Shown in pieces: positions 14,001-28,200 of a stretch of 64,000 bases of DNA (position 1 is the stretch's first letter; each line of letters begins with the position of its first letter). The stretch is from Eledone cirrhosa. Its lineage: Eukaryota. The stretch spans positions 124,062,001-124,126,000 of the forward strand of contig OZ024744.1 of the NCBI GenBank assembly GCA_964016885.1, in the 5' to 3' direction. The position numbers were made by a program, and so were the translations under genes. The notes below the pieces were generated by a model, which saw nothing but the letters and a program-made list of their open reading frames with translations, had not been told where the DNA came from and ran no database searches.

Positions 14001-17000
14001 ATGTAGGACAATAGTCTTTAATAACTTGTCCAACCCATGTATGTAGGTCAATAGCCTGTAATAACTTGTCCAACCCATGACAGGTAGGACAATAATCTGT
14101 AATAACTTGTCTAACCCATGACAGGTAGGACAATAGTCTGTAATAACTTGTCCAACCCATGTATGTAGGACAATAGTCTGTAATAACTTGTCCAACCCAT
14201 GTATGTAGGACAATAGTCTGTAATAACTTGTCTAACCCATGTATGTAGGACAATAGTCTGTAATAACTTGTCCAACCCATGACAGGTAGGACAATAGTCT
14301 GTAATACCTCGTCCAACCCATGACAGGTAGGACAATAGTCTGTAATAACTTGTCCAACCCATGACAGGTAGGACAATAGTCTGTAATAACTTGTCCAACC
14401 CATGACAGGTAGGACAATAGTCTGTATAAACTTGTCCAAACCATGACAGGTAGGACAATAGTCTGTAATAACTTGTCCAACCCATGTATGTAGGACAATA
14501 GTCTGTAATAACTTGTCCAACCCATGACAGGTAGGACAATAGTCTGTAATAACTTGTCCAACCCATGACAGGTAGGACAATAGTCTGTAACAACTTGTCC
14601 AACCCATGTATGTAGGACAATAGTCTGTAATAACTTGTCCAACCTATGACAGGTAGGACAATAGTCTGTAATAACTTGTCCAGCCCATGCCAGGTAGGAC
14701 AAGTCTGTAATAACTTTTCCAACCCATGACAGGTAGGGCAATAGTCTGCAATAACTTGTCCAACCCATGACAGGTAGGACAATAGTCTGTAATAACTTGT
14801 CCAACCCATGACAGGTAGGGCAATAGTCTGTAATAACTTGTCCAACCCATGTATGCAGGACAATAGTCTGTAATAACTTGTCCAACCCATGACAGGTAGG
14901 ACAATAGTCTGTAATAACTTGTCCAACCCATGCATGTAGGACAATAGTCTGTAATAACTTGTCCAACCCATGTATGTAGGACAATAGTCTGTAATAACTT
15001 GTCCAAGCCATTACAGGTAGGACAATAGTCTGTAATAACTTGTCCATCCCATGACAGGTAGGACAATAGTCTGTAATAACTTGTCCAACCCATGACAGCT
15101 AGGACAATAGTCTATAATAACTTGTCCAACCCATGTATGTAGGACAATAGTCTGTAATAACTTGTCCAACCCATGACAGGTAGGACAATAGTCTGTAATA
15201 ACTTGTCCAACCCATGACAGGTAGGGTAATAATCTGTAATAACTTGTCCAACCCATGTATGTAGGACAATAGTCTGTAATAACTTGTCCAACCCATGACA
15301 GGTAGGGCAATAGTCTGTAATAACTTGTCCAACCCATGACAGGTAGGACAATAGTCTGTAATAACTTGTCCAACCCATGACAGGTAGGGCAATAGTCTGT
15401 AATAACTTGTCCAACCCATGTATGCAGGACAATAGTCTGTAATAACTTGTCCATTCCATGACAGGTAGGACAATAGTCTGTAATAACTTGTCCAACCCAT
15501 GCATGTAGGACAATAGTCTGTAATAACTTGTCCAACCCATGTATGTAGGACAATAGTCTGTAATAACTTATCCAACCCATGACAGGTAGGACAATAGTCT
15601 GTAATAACTTGTCCATCCCATGACAGGTAGGACAATAGTCTGTAATAACTTGTCCAACCCATGACAGGTAGGGTAATAGTCTGTAATAACTTGTCCAACC
15701 CATGACAGGTAGGACAATAGTCTGTAATAACTTGTCCAACCCATGACATGTAGGACAATAGTCTGTAATAACTTGTCCAACCCGTGACAGGTAGGACAAT
15801 AGTCTGTAATAACTTGTCGAACCCACGTATGTAGGACAATAGTCTGTAATAAATTGTCCAACCCATGACAGGTAGGACAATAATCTGTAATAACTTGTCT
15901 AACCCATGACAGGTAGGACAATAGTCTGTAATAACTTGTCCAACCCATGTATGTAGGACAATAGTCTGTAATAACTTGTCCAACCCATGTATGTAGGACA
16001 ATAGTCTGTAATAATAATTTGTCCAACCCATGTATGTAGGACAATAGTCTGTAATAACTTGTCCAACCCATGAAAGGTAGGTCAATAGTCTGTAATAACT
16101 TGTCCAACCCATGTATGTAGGACAATAGTCTGTAATAACTTGTCCAACCCATGACATGTAGGACAATAGTCTGTAATAACTTGTCCAACCCATGACAGGT
16201 AGGACAATAGTCTGTAATACCTTGTCCAACCAATGACAGGTAGGAGAATAGTCTGTAATGACTTGTCCAACCCATAACAGGTAGGACAATAGTCTGTAAT
16301 ACCTTGTCCAACCCATGACAGGTAGGACAATAGTCTGTAATAACTTGTACAACCCATGTATGTAGGACAATAGTCTGTAATAACTTGTCCAACCCATGTA
16401 TGTAGGACAATAGTCTGTAATAACTTGTCCAAACCATGACAGGTAGGACAATAGTCTGTAATAACTTCTACAACCCATGACAGGTAGGACAATAGTCTGT
16501 AACAACTTGTCCAACCCATGTATGTAGGACAATAGTCTGTAATAACTTGTCCAACCCATGACAGGTAGGACATTAGTGTGTAATAACTTGTCCAACCCAT
16601 GACAGGTAGGACAATAGTCTGTAATAACTTGTCCAACCCATGACAGGTAGGACGATAGTCTGTAATAACTTGTCCAACCCATGTATGTAGGTCAATAGCC
16701 TGTAATAACTTGTCCAACCCATGACAGGTAGGACAATAGTCTGTAATAACTTGTCCAACCCATGACAAGTAGGACAATAGTCTGTAATAACTTGTCCAAC
16801 CCATGTATGTAGGACAATAGTCTGTAATAACTTGTCCAACCCATGTATGTACGACAATAGTCTGTAATAACTTGCCTAACCCATGTATGTAGGTCAATAG
16901 TCTATAATAACTTGTCCAACCCATGTATGTAGGACAATAGTCTATAATAACTTGTCCAACCCATGTATGTAGGACAATAGTCTGTAATAACTTGTCCAAC

Positions 17001-19327
17001 CCATGACAGGTAGGACAATAGTCTGTAATACCTCGTCCAACCCATGACAGGTAGGACAATAGTCTGTAATAACTTGTCCAACCCATGACAGGTAGGACAA
17101 TAGTCTGTAATAACTTGTCCAACCCATGTATATAGGACAATAGTCTGTAATAACTTGTCCAACCCATGACAGGTAGGACAATAGTCTGTAATAACTTGTC
17201 CAACCCATGTATGTAGGACAATAGTCTGTAATAACTTGTCCAACCCATGACAGGTAGGACAATAGTCTGTAATAACTTGTCCAACCCATGACAGGTAGGG
17301 CAATAGTCTGTAATAACTTGTCCAACCCATGTATGTAGGACAATAGTCTGTAATAACTTGTCCAACCCATGACAGGTAGGACAATAGTCTGTAATAACTT
17401 GTCCAACCCATGTATGCAGGACAATAGTCTGTAATAACTTGTCCAACCCATGACAGGTAGGACAATAGTCTGTAATAACTTGTCCAACCCATGACAGGTA
17501 GGACAATAGTCTGTAATAACTTGTCCATCCTATGACAGGTATGACAATAGTCTGTAATAACTTGTCCAACCCATGACAGCTAGGACAATAGTCTGTAATA
17601 ACTTGTCCAACCCATGACAGGTAGGACAATAGTCTGTAATAACTTGTCCAACCCATGACAGGTAGGGCAATAGTCTGTAATAACTTGTCCAACCCATGTA
17701 TGTAGGACAATAGTCAGTAATAACTTGTCCAACCCATGACAGGTAGGGCAATAGTCTGTAATAACTTGTCCAACCCATGACAGGTAGGACAATAGTCTGT
17801 AATAACTTGTCCAACCCATGACAGGTAGGGCAATAGTCTGTAATAACTTGTCCAACCCATGTATGCAGGACAATAGTCTGTAATAACTTGTCCAACCCAT
17901 GACATGTAGGACAATAGTCTGTAATAACTTGTCCAACCCGTGACAGGTAGGACAATAGTCTGTAATAACTTGTCGAACCCACGTATGTAGGACAATAGTC
18001 TGTAATAAATTGTCCAACCCATGACAGGTAGGACAATAATCTGTAATAACTTGTCTAACCCATGACAGGTAGGACAATAGTCTGTAATAACTTGTCCAAC
18101 CCATGTATGTAGGACAATAGTCTGTAATAACTTGTCCAACCCATGTATGTAGGACAATAGTCTGTAATAATAATTTGTCCAACCCATGTATGTAGGACAA
18201 TAGTCTGTAATAACTTGTCCAACCCATGAAAGGTAGGTCAATAGTCTGTAATAACTTGTCCAACCCATGTATGTAGGACAATAGTCTGTAATAACTTGTC
18301 CAACCCATGACATGTAGGACAATAGTCTGTAATAACTTGTCCAACCCATGACAGGTAGGACAATAGTCTGTAATACCTTGTCCAACCAATGACAGGTAGG
18401 AGAATAGTCTGTAATAACTTGTCCAACCCATAACAGGTAGGACAATAGTCTGTAATACCTTGTCCAACCCATGACAGGTAGGACAATAGTCTGTAATAAC
18501 TTGTACAACCCATGTATGTAGGACAATAGTCTGTAATAACTTGTCCAACCCATGTATGTAGGACAATAGTCTGTAATAACTTGTCCAAACCATGACAGGT
18601 AGGACAATAGTCTGTAATAACTTCTACAACCCATGACAGGTAGGACAATAGTCTGTAATAACTTGTCCAACCCATGTATGTAGGACAATAGTCTGTAATA
18701 ACTTGTCCAACCCATGACAGGTAGGACATTAGTGTGTAATAACTTGTCCAACCCATGACAGGTAGGACAATAGTCTGTAATAACTTGTCCAACCCATGAC
18801 AGGTAGGACGATAGTCTGTAATAACTTGTCCAACCCATGTATGTAGGTCAATAGCCTGTAATAACTTGTCCAACCCATGTATGTAGGACAATAGTCTGTA
18901 ATAACTTATCCAACCCATGACAGGTAGGACAATAGTCTGTAATAACTTGTCCATCCCATGACAGGTAGGACAATAGTCTGTAATAACTTGTCCAACCCAT
19001 GACAGGTAGGGTAATAGTCTGTAATAACTTGTCCAACCCATGACAGGTAGGACAATAGTCTGTAATAACTTGTCCAACCCATGACATGTAGGACAATAGT
19101 CTGTAATAACTTGTCCAACCCGTGACAGGTAGGACAATAGTCTGTAATAACTTGTCGAACCCACGTATGTAGGACAATAGTCTGTAATAAATTGTCCAAC
19201 CCATGACAGGTAGGACAATAATCTGTAATAACTTGTCTAACCCATGACAGGTAGGACAATAGTCTGTAATAACTTGTCCAACCCATGTATGTAGGACAAT
19301 AGTCTGTAATAACTTGTCCAACCCATG
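2285..19327. repeat. Head-to-tail 8503-bp tandem duplication (2285-10787 and 10788-19290, identity continuing to about 19327)
   Basis: ORFs from 2623..3189 through 9735..10715 recur with identical translations at exactly +8503 (11126..11692 through 18238..19218). Both boundaries are marked by A/B mismatches. Confidence 0.95.
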
Positions 19328-22217
19328 TATGTAGGACAATAGTCTGTAATAATAATTTGTCCAACCCATGTATGTAGGACAATAGTCTGTAATAACTTGT
19401 CCAACCCATGAAAGGTAGGTCAATAGTCTGTAATAACTTGTCCAACCCATGTATGTAGGACAATAGTCTGTAATAACTTGTCCAACCCATGACATGTAGG
19501 ACAATAGTCTGTAATAACTTGTCCAACCCATGACAGGTAGGACAATAGTCTGTAATACCTTGTCCAACCAATGACAGGTAGGAGAATAGTCTGTAATGAC
19601 TTGTCCAACCCATAACAGGTAGGACAATAGTCTGTAATACCTTGTCCAACCCATGACAGGTAGGACAATAGTCTGTAATAACTTGTACAACCCATGTATG
19701 TAGGACAATAGTCTGTAATAACTTGTCCAACCCATGTATGTAGGACAATAGTCTGTAATAACTTGTCCAAACCATGACAGGTAGGACAATAGTCTGTAAT
19801 AACTTCTACAACCCATGACAGGTAGGACAATAGTCTGTAACAACTTGTCCAACCCATGTATGTAGGACAATAGTCTGTAATAACTTGTCCAACCCATGAC
19901 AGGTAGGACATTAGTGTGTAATAACTTGTCCAACCCATGACAGGTAGGACAATAGTCTGTAATAACTTGTCCAACCCATGACAGGTAGGACGATAGTCTG
20001 TAATAACTTGTCCAACCCATGTATGTAGGTCAATAGCCTGTAATAACTTGTCCAACCCATGACAGGTAGGACAATAGTCTGTAATAACTTGTCCAACCCA
20101 TGACAAGTAGGACAATAGTCTGTAATAACTTGTCCAACCCATGTATGTAGGACAATAGTCTGTAATAACTTGTCCAACCCATGTATGTACGACAATAGTC
20201 TGTAATAACTTGCCTAACCCATGTATGTAGGTCAATAGTCTATAATAACTTGTCCAACCCATGTATGTAGGACAATAGTCTATAATAACTTGTCCAACCC
20301 ATGTATGTAGGACAATAGTCTGTAATAACTTGTCCAACCCATGACAGGTAGGACAATAGTCTGTAATACCTCGTCCAACCCATGACAGGTAGGACAATAG
20401 TCTGTAATAACTTGTCCAACCCATGACAGGTAGGACAATAGTCTGTAATAACTTGTCCAACCCATGTATATAGGACAATAGTCTGTAATAACTTGTCCAA
20501 CCCATGACAGGTAGGACAATAGTCTGTAATAACTTGTCCAACCCATGTATGTAGGACAATAGTCTGTAATAACTTGTCCAACCCATGACAGGTAGGACAA
20601 TAGTCTGTAATAACTTGTCCAACCCATGACAGGTAGGGCAATAGTCTGTAATAACTTGTCCAACCCATGTATGTAGGACAATAGTCTGTAATAACTTGTC
20701 CAACCCATGACAGGTAGGACAATAGTCTGTAATAACTTGTCCAACCCATGTATGCAGGACAATAGTCTGTAATAACTTGTCCAACCCATGACAGGTAGGA
20801 CAATAGTCTGTAATAACTTGTCCAACCCATGACAGGTAGGACAATAGTCTGTAATAACTTGTCCATCCTATGACAGGTATGACAATAGTCTGTAATAACT
20901 TGTCCAACCCATGACAGCTAGGACAATAGTCTGTAATAACTTGTCCAACCCATGACAGGTAGGACAATAGTCTGTAATAACTTGTCCAACCCATGACAGG
21001 TAGGGCAATAGTCTGTAATAACTTGTCCAACCCATGTATGTAGGACAATAGTCAGTAATAACTTGTCCAACCCATGACAGGTAGGGCAATAGTCTGTAAT
21101 AACTTGTCCAACCCATGACAGGTAGGACAATAGTCTGTAATAACTTGTCCAACCCATGACAGGTAGGGCAATAGTCTGTAATAACTTGTCCAACCCATGT
21201 ATGCAGGACAATAGTCTGTAATAACTTGTCCAACACATGACATGTAGGACAATAGTCTGTAATAACTTGTCCAACCCGTGACAGGTAGGACAATAGTCTG
21301 TAATAACTTGTCGAACCCACGTATGTAGGACAATAGTCTGTAATAAATTGTCCAACCCATGACAGGTAGGACAATAATCTGTAATAACTTGTCTAACCCA
21401 TGACAGGTAGGACAATAGTCTGTAATAACTTGTCCAACCCATGTATGTAGGACAATAGTCTGTAATAACTTGTCCAACCCATGTATGTAGGACAATAGTC
21501 TGTAATAATAATTTGTCCAACCCATGTATGTAGGACAATAGTCTGTAATAACTTGTCCAACCCATGACAGGTAGGTCAATAGTCTGTAATAACTTGTCCA
21601 ACCCATGTATGTAGGACAATAGTCTGTAATAACTTGTCCAACCCATGACATGTAGGACAATAGTCTGTAATAACTTGTCCAACCCATGACAGGTAGGACA
21701 ATAGTCTGTAATACCGTGTCCAACCAATGACAGGTAGGAGAATAGTCTGTAATAATTTGTCCAACCCATAACAGGTAGGACAATAGTCTGTAATACCTTG
21801 TCCAACCCATGACAGGTAGGACAATAGTCTGTAATAACTTGTACAACCCATGTATGTAGGACAATAGTCTGTAATAACTTGTCCAACCCATGTATGTAGG
21901 ACAATAGTCTGTAATAACTTGTCCAAACCATGACAGGTAGGACAATAGTCTGTAATAACTTCTACAACCCATGACAGGTAGGACAATAGTCTGTAATAAC
22001 TTGTCCAACCCATGTATGTAGGACAATAGTCTGTAATAACTTGTCCAACCCATGACAGGTAGGACATTAGTGTGTAATAACTTGTCCAACCCATGACAGG
22101 TAGGACAATAGTCTGTAATAACTTGTCCAACCCATGACAGGTAGGACGATAGTCTGTAATAACTTGTCCAACCCATGTATGTAGGTCAATAGCCTGTAAT
22201 AACTTGTCCAACCCATG
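15518..22217. repeat. 3338-bp tandem duplication (about 15518-18855 and 18856-22193), with a third copy at about 7015-10352
   Basis: ORF starts 15568/16082/16573/16902/17530/17714/18238 recur at +3338. About four substitutions distinguish the right copy, at 21230-21760. Confidence 0.92.
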
Positions 22218-25200
22218 ACAGGTAGGACAATAGTCTGTAATAACTTGTCCAACCCATGACAAGTAGGACAATAGTCTGTAATAACTTGTCCAACCCATGT
22301 ATGTAGGACAATAGTCTGTAATAACTTGTCCAACCCATGACAGGTAGGACAATAGTCTGTAATAACTTGTCCAACCCATGACAGGTAGGGCAATAGTCTG
22401 TAATAACTTGTCCAACCCATGTATGTAGGACAATAGTCAGTAATAACTTGTCCAACCCATGACAGGTAGGGCAATAGTCTGTAATAACTTGTCCAACCCA
22501 TGACAGGTAGGACAATAGTCTGTAATAACTTGTCCAACCCATGACAGGTAGGGCAATAGTCTGTAATAACTTGTCCAACCCATGTATGCAGGACAATAGT
22601 CTGTAATAACTTGTCCATCCCATGACAGGTAGGACAATAGTCTGTAATAACTTGTCCAACCCATGCATGTAGGACAATAGTCTGTAATAACTTGTCCAAC
22701 CCATGTATGTAGGACAATAGTCTGTAATAACTTGTCCAACCCATGACAGGTAGGACAATAGTCTGTAATAACTTGTCCATCCCATGACAGGTAGGACAAT
22801 AGTCTGTAATAACTTGTCCAACCCATGACAGCTAGGACAATAGTCTGTAATAATTTGTCCAACCCATGACAGGTAGGACAATAGTCTGTAATAACTTGTC
22901 CAACCCATGACATGTAGGACAATAGTCTGTAATAACTTGTCCAACCCGTGACAAGTAGGACAATAGTCTGTAATAACTTGTCGAACCCACGTATGTAGGA
23001 CAATAGTCTGTAATAAATTGTCCAACCCATGCCAGGTAGGACAATAGTCTGTAATAACTTGTCCAACCCATGACAGGTAGGACAATAATCTGTAATAACT
23101 TGTCTAACCCATGACAGGTAGGACAATAGTCTGTAATAACTTGTCCAACCCATGTATGTAGGACAATAGTCTGTAATAACTTGTCCAACCCATGTATGTA
23201 GGACAATAGTCTGTAATAATAATTTGTCCAACCCATGTATGTAGGACAATAGTCTGTAATAACTTGTACAACCCATGAAAGGTAGGTCAATATTCTGTAA
23301 TAACTTGTCCAACCCATGTATGTAGGACAATAGTCTGTAATAACTTGTCCAACCCATGACATGTAGGACAATAGTCTGTAATAACTTGTCCAACCCATGA
23401 CAGGTAGGACAATAGTCTGTAATACCTTGTCCAACCAATGACAGGTAGGAGAATAGTCTGTAATAACTTGTCCAACCCATAACAGGTAGGACAATAGTCT
23501 GTAATACCTTGTCCAACCCATGACAGGTAGGACAATAGTCTGTAATAACTTGTCCAACCCATGTATGTAGGACAATAGTCTGTAATAACTTGTCCAACCC
23601 ATGACAGGTAGGACATTAGTGTGTAATAACTTGTCCAACCCATGACAGGTAGGACAATAGTCTGTAATAACTTGTCCAACCCATGACAGGTAGGACGATA
23701 GTCTGTAATAACTTGTCCAGCCCATGTATGTAGGTCAATAGCCTGTAATAACTTGTCCAACCCATGACAGGTAGGACAATAGTCTGTAATAACTTGTCCA
23801 ACCCATGTATGTAGGACAATAGTCTGTAATAACTTGTCCAACCCATGTATGTACGACAATAGTCTGTAATAACTTGCCTAACCCATGTATGTAGGACAAT
23901 AGTCTGTAATAACTTGTCCAACCCATGTATGTAGGACAATAGTCTATAATAACTTGTCCAACCCATGTATGTAGGACAATAGTCTGTAATAACTTGTCCA
24001 ACCCATGACAGGTAGGACAATAGTCTGTAATACCTCGTCCAACCCATGACAGGTAGGACATTAGTCTGTAATACCTTGTCCAACCCATGACAGGTAGGAC
24101 AATAGTCTGTAATAACTTGTCCAACCCATGTATATAGGACAATAGTCTGTAATAACTTGTCCAACCCATGACAGGTAGGACAATAGTCTGTAATAACTTG
24201 TCCAACCCATGTATGTAGGACAATAGTCTGTAATAACTTGTCCAACCCATGACAGGTAGGACAATAGTCTGTAATAACTTGTCCAACCCATGACAGGTAG
24301 GGCAATAGTCTGTAATAACTTGTCCAACCCATGTATGTAGGACAATAGTCTGTAATAACTTTTCCAACCCATGACAGGTAGGACAATAGTCTGTAATAAC
24401 TTGTCCAACCCATGTATGCAGGACAATAGTCTGTAATAACTTGTCCAACCCATGACAGGTAGGACAATAGTCTGTAATAACTTGTCCAACCCATGACAGG
24501 TAGGACAATAGTCTGTAATAACTTGTCCATCCTATGACAGGTATGACAATAGTCTGTAATAACTTGTCCAACCCATGACAGCTAGGACAATAGTCTGTAA
24601 TAATTTGTCCAACCCATGACATGTAGGACAATAGTCTGTAATAACTTGTCCAACCCATGACATGTAGGACAATAGTCTGTAATAACTTGTCCAACCCATG
24701 ACAGGTAGGACAATAGTCTGTAATACCTTGTCCAACCAATGACAGGTCGGAGAATAGTCTGTAATAACTTGTCCAACCCATGACAGGTAGGACAATAGTC
24801 TGTAATACCTTGTCCAACCCATGACAGGTAGGGCAATAGTCTGTAATAACTTGTCCAACCCATGTATGTAGGACAATAGTCTGTAATAACTTGTCCAAAC
24901 CATGACAGGTAGGACAATAGTCTGTAATAACTTGTCCAACCCATGACAGGTAGGACAATAGTCTGTAATAACTTGTCCAACCCATGTATGTAGGACAATA
25001 GTCTGTAATAACTTGTCCAACCCATGACAGGTAGGACATTAGTGTGTAATAACTTGTCCAACCCATGACAGGTAGGACAATAGTCTGTAATAACTTGTCC
25101 AACCCATGACAAGTAGGACAATAGTCTGTAATAACTTGTCCAACCCATATATGTAGGACAATAGTCTGTAATAACTTGTCCAACCCATGTATGTACGACA

Positions 25201-28200
25201 ATAGTCTGTAATAACTTGCCTAACCCATGTATGTAGGACAATAGTCTGTAATAACTTGTCCAACCCATGTATATAGGACAATAGTCTATAATAACTTGTC
25301 CAACCCATGTATGTAGGACAATAGTCTGTAACAACTTGTCCAACCCATGACAGGTAGGACAATAGTCTGTAATACCTCGTCCAACCCATGACAGGTAGGA
25401 CAATAGTCTGTAATAACTTGTCCAACCCATGACAGGTAGGACAATAGTCTGTAATAACTTGTCCAACCCATGTATATAGGACAATAGTCTGTAATAACTT
25501 GTCCAACCCATGACAGGTAGGACAATAGTCTGTAATAACTTGTCCAACCCATGTATGTAGGACAATAGTCTGTAATAACTTGTCCAACCCATGACAGGTA
25601 GGACAATAGTCTGTAATAACTTGTCCAACCCATGACAGGTAGGGCAATAGTCTGTAATAACTTGTCCAACCCATGTATGTAGGACAATAGTCTGTAATAA
25701 CTTGTCCAACCCATGACAGGTAGGACAATAGTCTGTAATAACTTGTCCAACCCATGTATGCAGGACAATAGTCTGTAATAACTTGTCCAACCCATGACAG
25801 GTAGGACAATAGTCTGTAATAACTTGTCCAACCCATGACAGGTAGGACAGTAGTCTGTAATAACTTGTCCATTCTATGACAGGTATGACAATAGTCTGTA
25901 ATAACTTGTCCAACCCATGACAGCTAGGACAATAGTCTGTAATAACTTGTCCAACCCATGACAGGTAGGACAATAGTCTGTAATAACTTGTCCAACCCAT
26001 GACATGTAGGACAATAGTCTGTAATAACTTGTCCAACCCATGACATGTAGGACAATAGTCTGTAATAACTTGTCCAACCCATGACATGTAGGACAATAGT
26101 CTGTAATACCTTGTCCAACCCATGACAGGTAGGACAATAGTCTGTAATAACTTGTACAACCCATGTATGTAGGACAATAGTCTGTAATAACTTGTCCAAC
26201 CCATGTATGTAGGACAATAGTCTGTAATAACTTGTCCAAACCATGACAGGTAGGACAATAGTCTGTAATAACTTCTACAACCCATGACAGGTAGGACAAT
26301 AGTCTGTAATAACTTGTCCAACCCATGTATGTAGGACAATAGTCTGTAATAACTTGTCCAACCCATGACAGGTAGGACATTAGTGTGTAATAACTTGTCC
26401 AACCCATGACAGGTAGGACAATAGTCTGTAATAACTTGTCCAACCCATGACAGGTAGGACGATAGTCTGTAATAACTTGTCCAACCCATGTATGTAGGTC
26501 AATAGCCTGTAATAACTTGTCCAACCCATGACAGGTAGGACAATAGTCTGTAATAACTTGTCCAACCCATGACAAGTAGGACAATAGTCTGTAATAACTT
26601 GTCCAACCCATGTATGTAGGACAATAGTCTGTAATAACTTGTCCAACCCATGACAGGTAGGACAATAGTCTGTAATAACTTGTCCAACCCATGACAGGTA
26701 GGGCAATAGTCTGTAATAACTTGTCCAACCCATGTATGTAGGACAATAGTCAGTAATAACTTGTCCAACCCATGACAGGTAGGGCAATAGTCTGTAATAA
26801 CTTGTCCAACCCATGACAGGTAGGACAATAGTCTGTAATAACTTGTCCAACCCATGACAGGTAGGGCAATAGTCTGTAATAACTTGTCCAACCCATGTAT
26901 GCAGGACAATAGTCTGTAATAACTTGTCCATCCCATGACAGGTAGGACAATAGTCTGTAATAACTTGTCCAACCCATGCATGTAGGACAATAGTCTGTAA
27001 TAACTTGTCCAACCCATGTATGTAGGACAATAGTCTGTAATAACTTGTCCAACCCATGACAGGTAGGACAATAGTCTGTAATAACTTGTCCATCCCATGA
27101 CAGGTAGGACAATAGTCTGTAATAACTTGTCCAACCCATGACAGCTAGGACAATAGTCTGTAATAATTTGTCCAACCCATGACAGGTAGGACAATAGTCT
27201 GTAATAACTTGTCCAACCCATGACATGTAGGACAATAGTCTGTAATAACTTGTCCAACCCGTGACAAGTAGGACAATAGTCTGTAATAACTTGTCGAACC
27301 CACGTATGTAGGACAATAGTCTGTAATAAATTGTCCAACCCATGCCAGGTAGGACAATAGTCTGTAATAACTTGTCCAACCCATGACAGGTAGGACAATA
27401 ATCTGTAATAACTTGTCTAACCCATGACAGGTAGGACAATAGTCTGTAATAACTTGTCCAACCCATGTATGTAGGACAATAGTCTGTAATAACTTGTCCA
27501 ACCCATGTATGTAGGACAATAGTCTGTAATAATAATTTGTCCAACCCATGTATGTAGGACAATAGTCTGTAATAACTTGTACAACCCATGAAAGGTAGGT
27601 CAATATTCTGTAATAACTTGTCCAACCCATGTATGTAGGACAATAGTCTGTAATAACTTGTCCAACCCATGACATGTAGGACAATAGTCTGTAATAACTT
27701 GTCCAACCCATGACAGGTAGGACAATAGTCTGTAATACCTTGTCCAACCAATGACAGGTAGGAGAATAGTCTGTAATAACTTGTCCAACCCATAACAGGT
27801 AGGACAATAGTCTGTAATACCTTGTCCAACCCATGACAGGTAGGACAATAGTCTGTAATAACTTGTCCAACCCATGTATGTAGGACAATAGTCTGTAATA
27901 ACTTGTCCAACCCATGACAGGTAGGACATTAGTGTGTAATAACTTGTCCAACCCATGACAGGTAGGACAATAGTCTGTAATAACTTGTCCAACCCATGAC
28001 AGGTAGGACGATAGTCTGTAATAACTTGTCCAGCCCATGTATGTAGGTCAATAGCCTGTAATAACTTGTCCAACCCATGACAGGTAGGACAATAGTCTGT
28101 AATAACTTGTCCAACCCATGTATGTAGGACAATAGTCTGTAATAACTTGTCCAACCCATGTATGTACGACAATAGTCTGTAATAACTTGCCTAACCCATG

